DNA of 64,000 bases from Bacteroidales bacterium (GTDB lineage Bacteria > Bacteroidota > Bacteroidia > Bacteroidales > FEN-979): assembly GCA_023229525.1 (NCBI GenBank), contig JALNZC010000002.1:33090-97089 (forward strand), read 5' to 3'. The stretch's first letter is position 1. Every line of letters begins with the position of its first letter. The notes beneath the pieces were generated by a model. That model was not told where the DNA came from, did no database searches, and saw nothing but the letters and a program-made list of their open reading frames with translations. The translations under genes and the position numbers were made by a program. Of this stretch, positions 63,608 to 64,000 are shown one piece after another.

Positions 63608-64000
63608 GTCTATTGGTACGATAGATCCTTAACCCAGGATGATTTTTTTTAACATTCTGCTGTTTGCTTCTAGCTTCGAGTTAGGAGAATGTGTGGTTAT
63701 GCCCGTTAAGAAAAGACCCCGACCAGGTAAAACGGTGTTCACTCCAGCCCTATCAACAAAAAATCCGCCAAGCCATCGCCCTGCGGGTTCGTACCTCAGC
63801 TTGTCATATTTTTTGCCTTTTATAGGGCATCCATTCACTACAGCCTGCTTTGTCTTGTAGCTATCTCTTTCTTTCCGCTTCGCTCCAGTCAATCAATAGC
63901 TACAATCCACCGGCTGATAATGTTTTGCTCGCCTGCGAGCTCATTCGGCTTCGGAATTATATTTCATTTTCCTAACTCACAAGCTTTTATATAAAATGGA

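Larger units (their letters stand above)
53669..64000. mobile_element. Integrated AT-rich genomic island inserted in comM. Its right end lies beyond the window.
   Basis: comM homology stops at 53668-53669. A serine recombinase abuts the junction. The cargo is RM/defence-like. There is a visible drop in G+C relative to the flanking housekeeping DNA. No comM 3' part appears before nt 64000. Confidence 0.7.

Noticed and set aside
63629-63892. Overlapping 87-aa (minus strand) and 73-aa (plus strand) ORFs in the G+C-richer patch.
   Set aside because: They are mutually exclusive and have odd composition with no motifs or start context. I left the region unannotated and reported it as a possible RNA element instead.

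Overview
This 64-kb window looks like a chromosomal segment of a Bacteroidota bacterium. Support for that: two T9SS-type C-terminal sorting domains, recurrent TAnnTTTG -7 promoter boxes, gldB-like and PorT-like genes, and a mitochondrial-type aconitase next to icd. Most of it is compact housekeeping DNA: icd, aconitase, nfo, tRNA-Pro(GGG), trxB, purL, two fadD-like acyl-CoA ligases, holA, amn, rsmD, alaS, an M23 peptidase, a MerR/ATL pair, mrp/apbC, an Nfu-like gene and nadE. Three things stand out. (1) From about 53.67 kb to the window end, a visibly AT-rich island interrupts the comM/yifB gene. A large serine recombinase sits at the junction. The island carries a single-chain Type IIG-like restriction-modification enzyme and a translationally coupled three-gene operon: a DNA methyltransferase, an 836-aa protein joining a MORC/MutL-like GHKL ATPase to a complete histidine-kinase core, and a 615-aa orphan. 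I cannot assign this operon to any described defence system, so it is my best candidate for the undescribed system. (2) Families of short tandem repeats with 7-, 8-, 14- and 16-nt units sit at many gene boundaries. They also occur in frame inside conserved genes (purL, alaS, nadE, a sulfotransferase and an SDR). (3) Three genes carry lesions: an in-frame TAA in a modular T9SS surface-protein gene, a 1-nt frameshift in alaS, and the truncated comM. All calls rest on reading motifs in the supplied ORF translations and the DNA. No database search was run.
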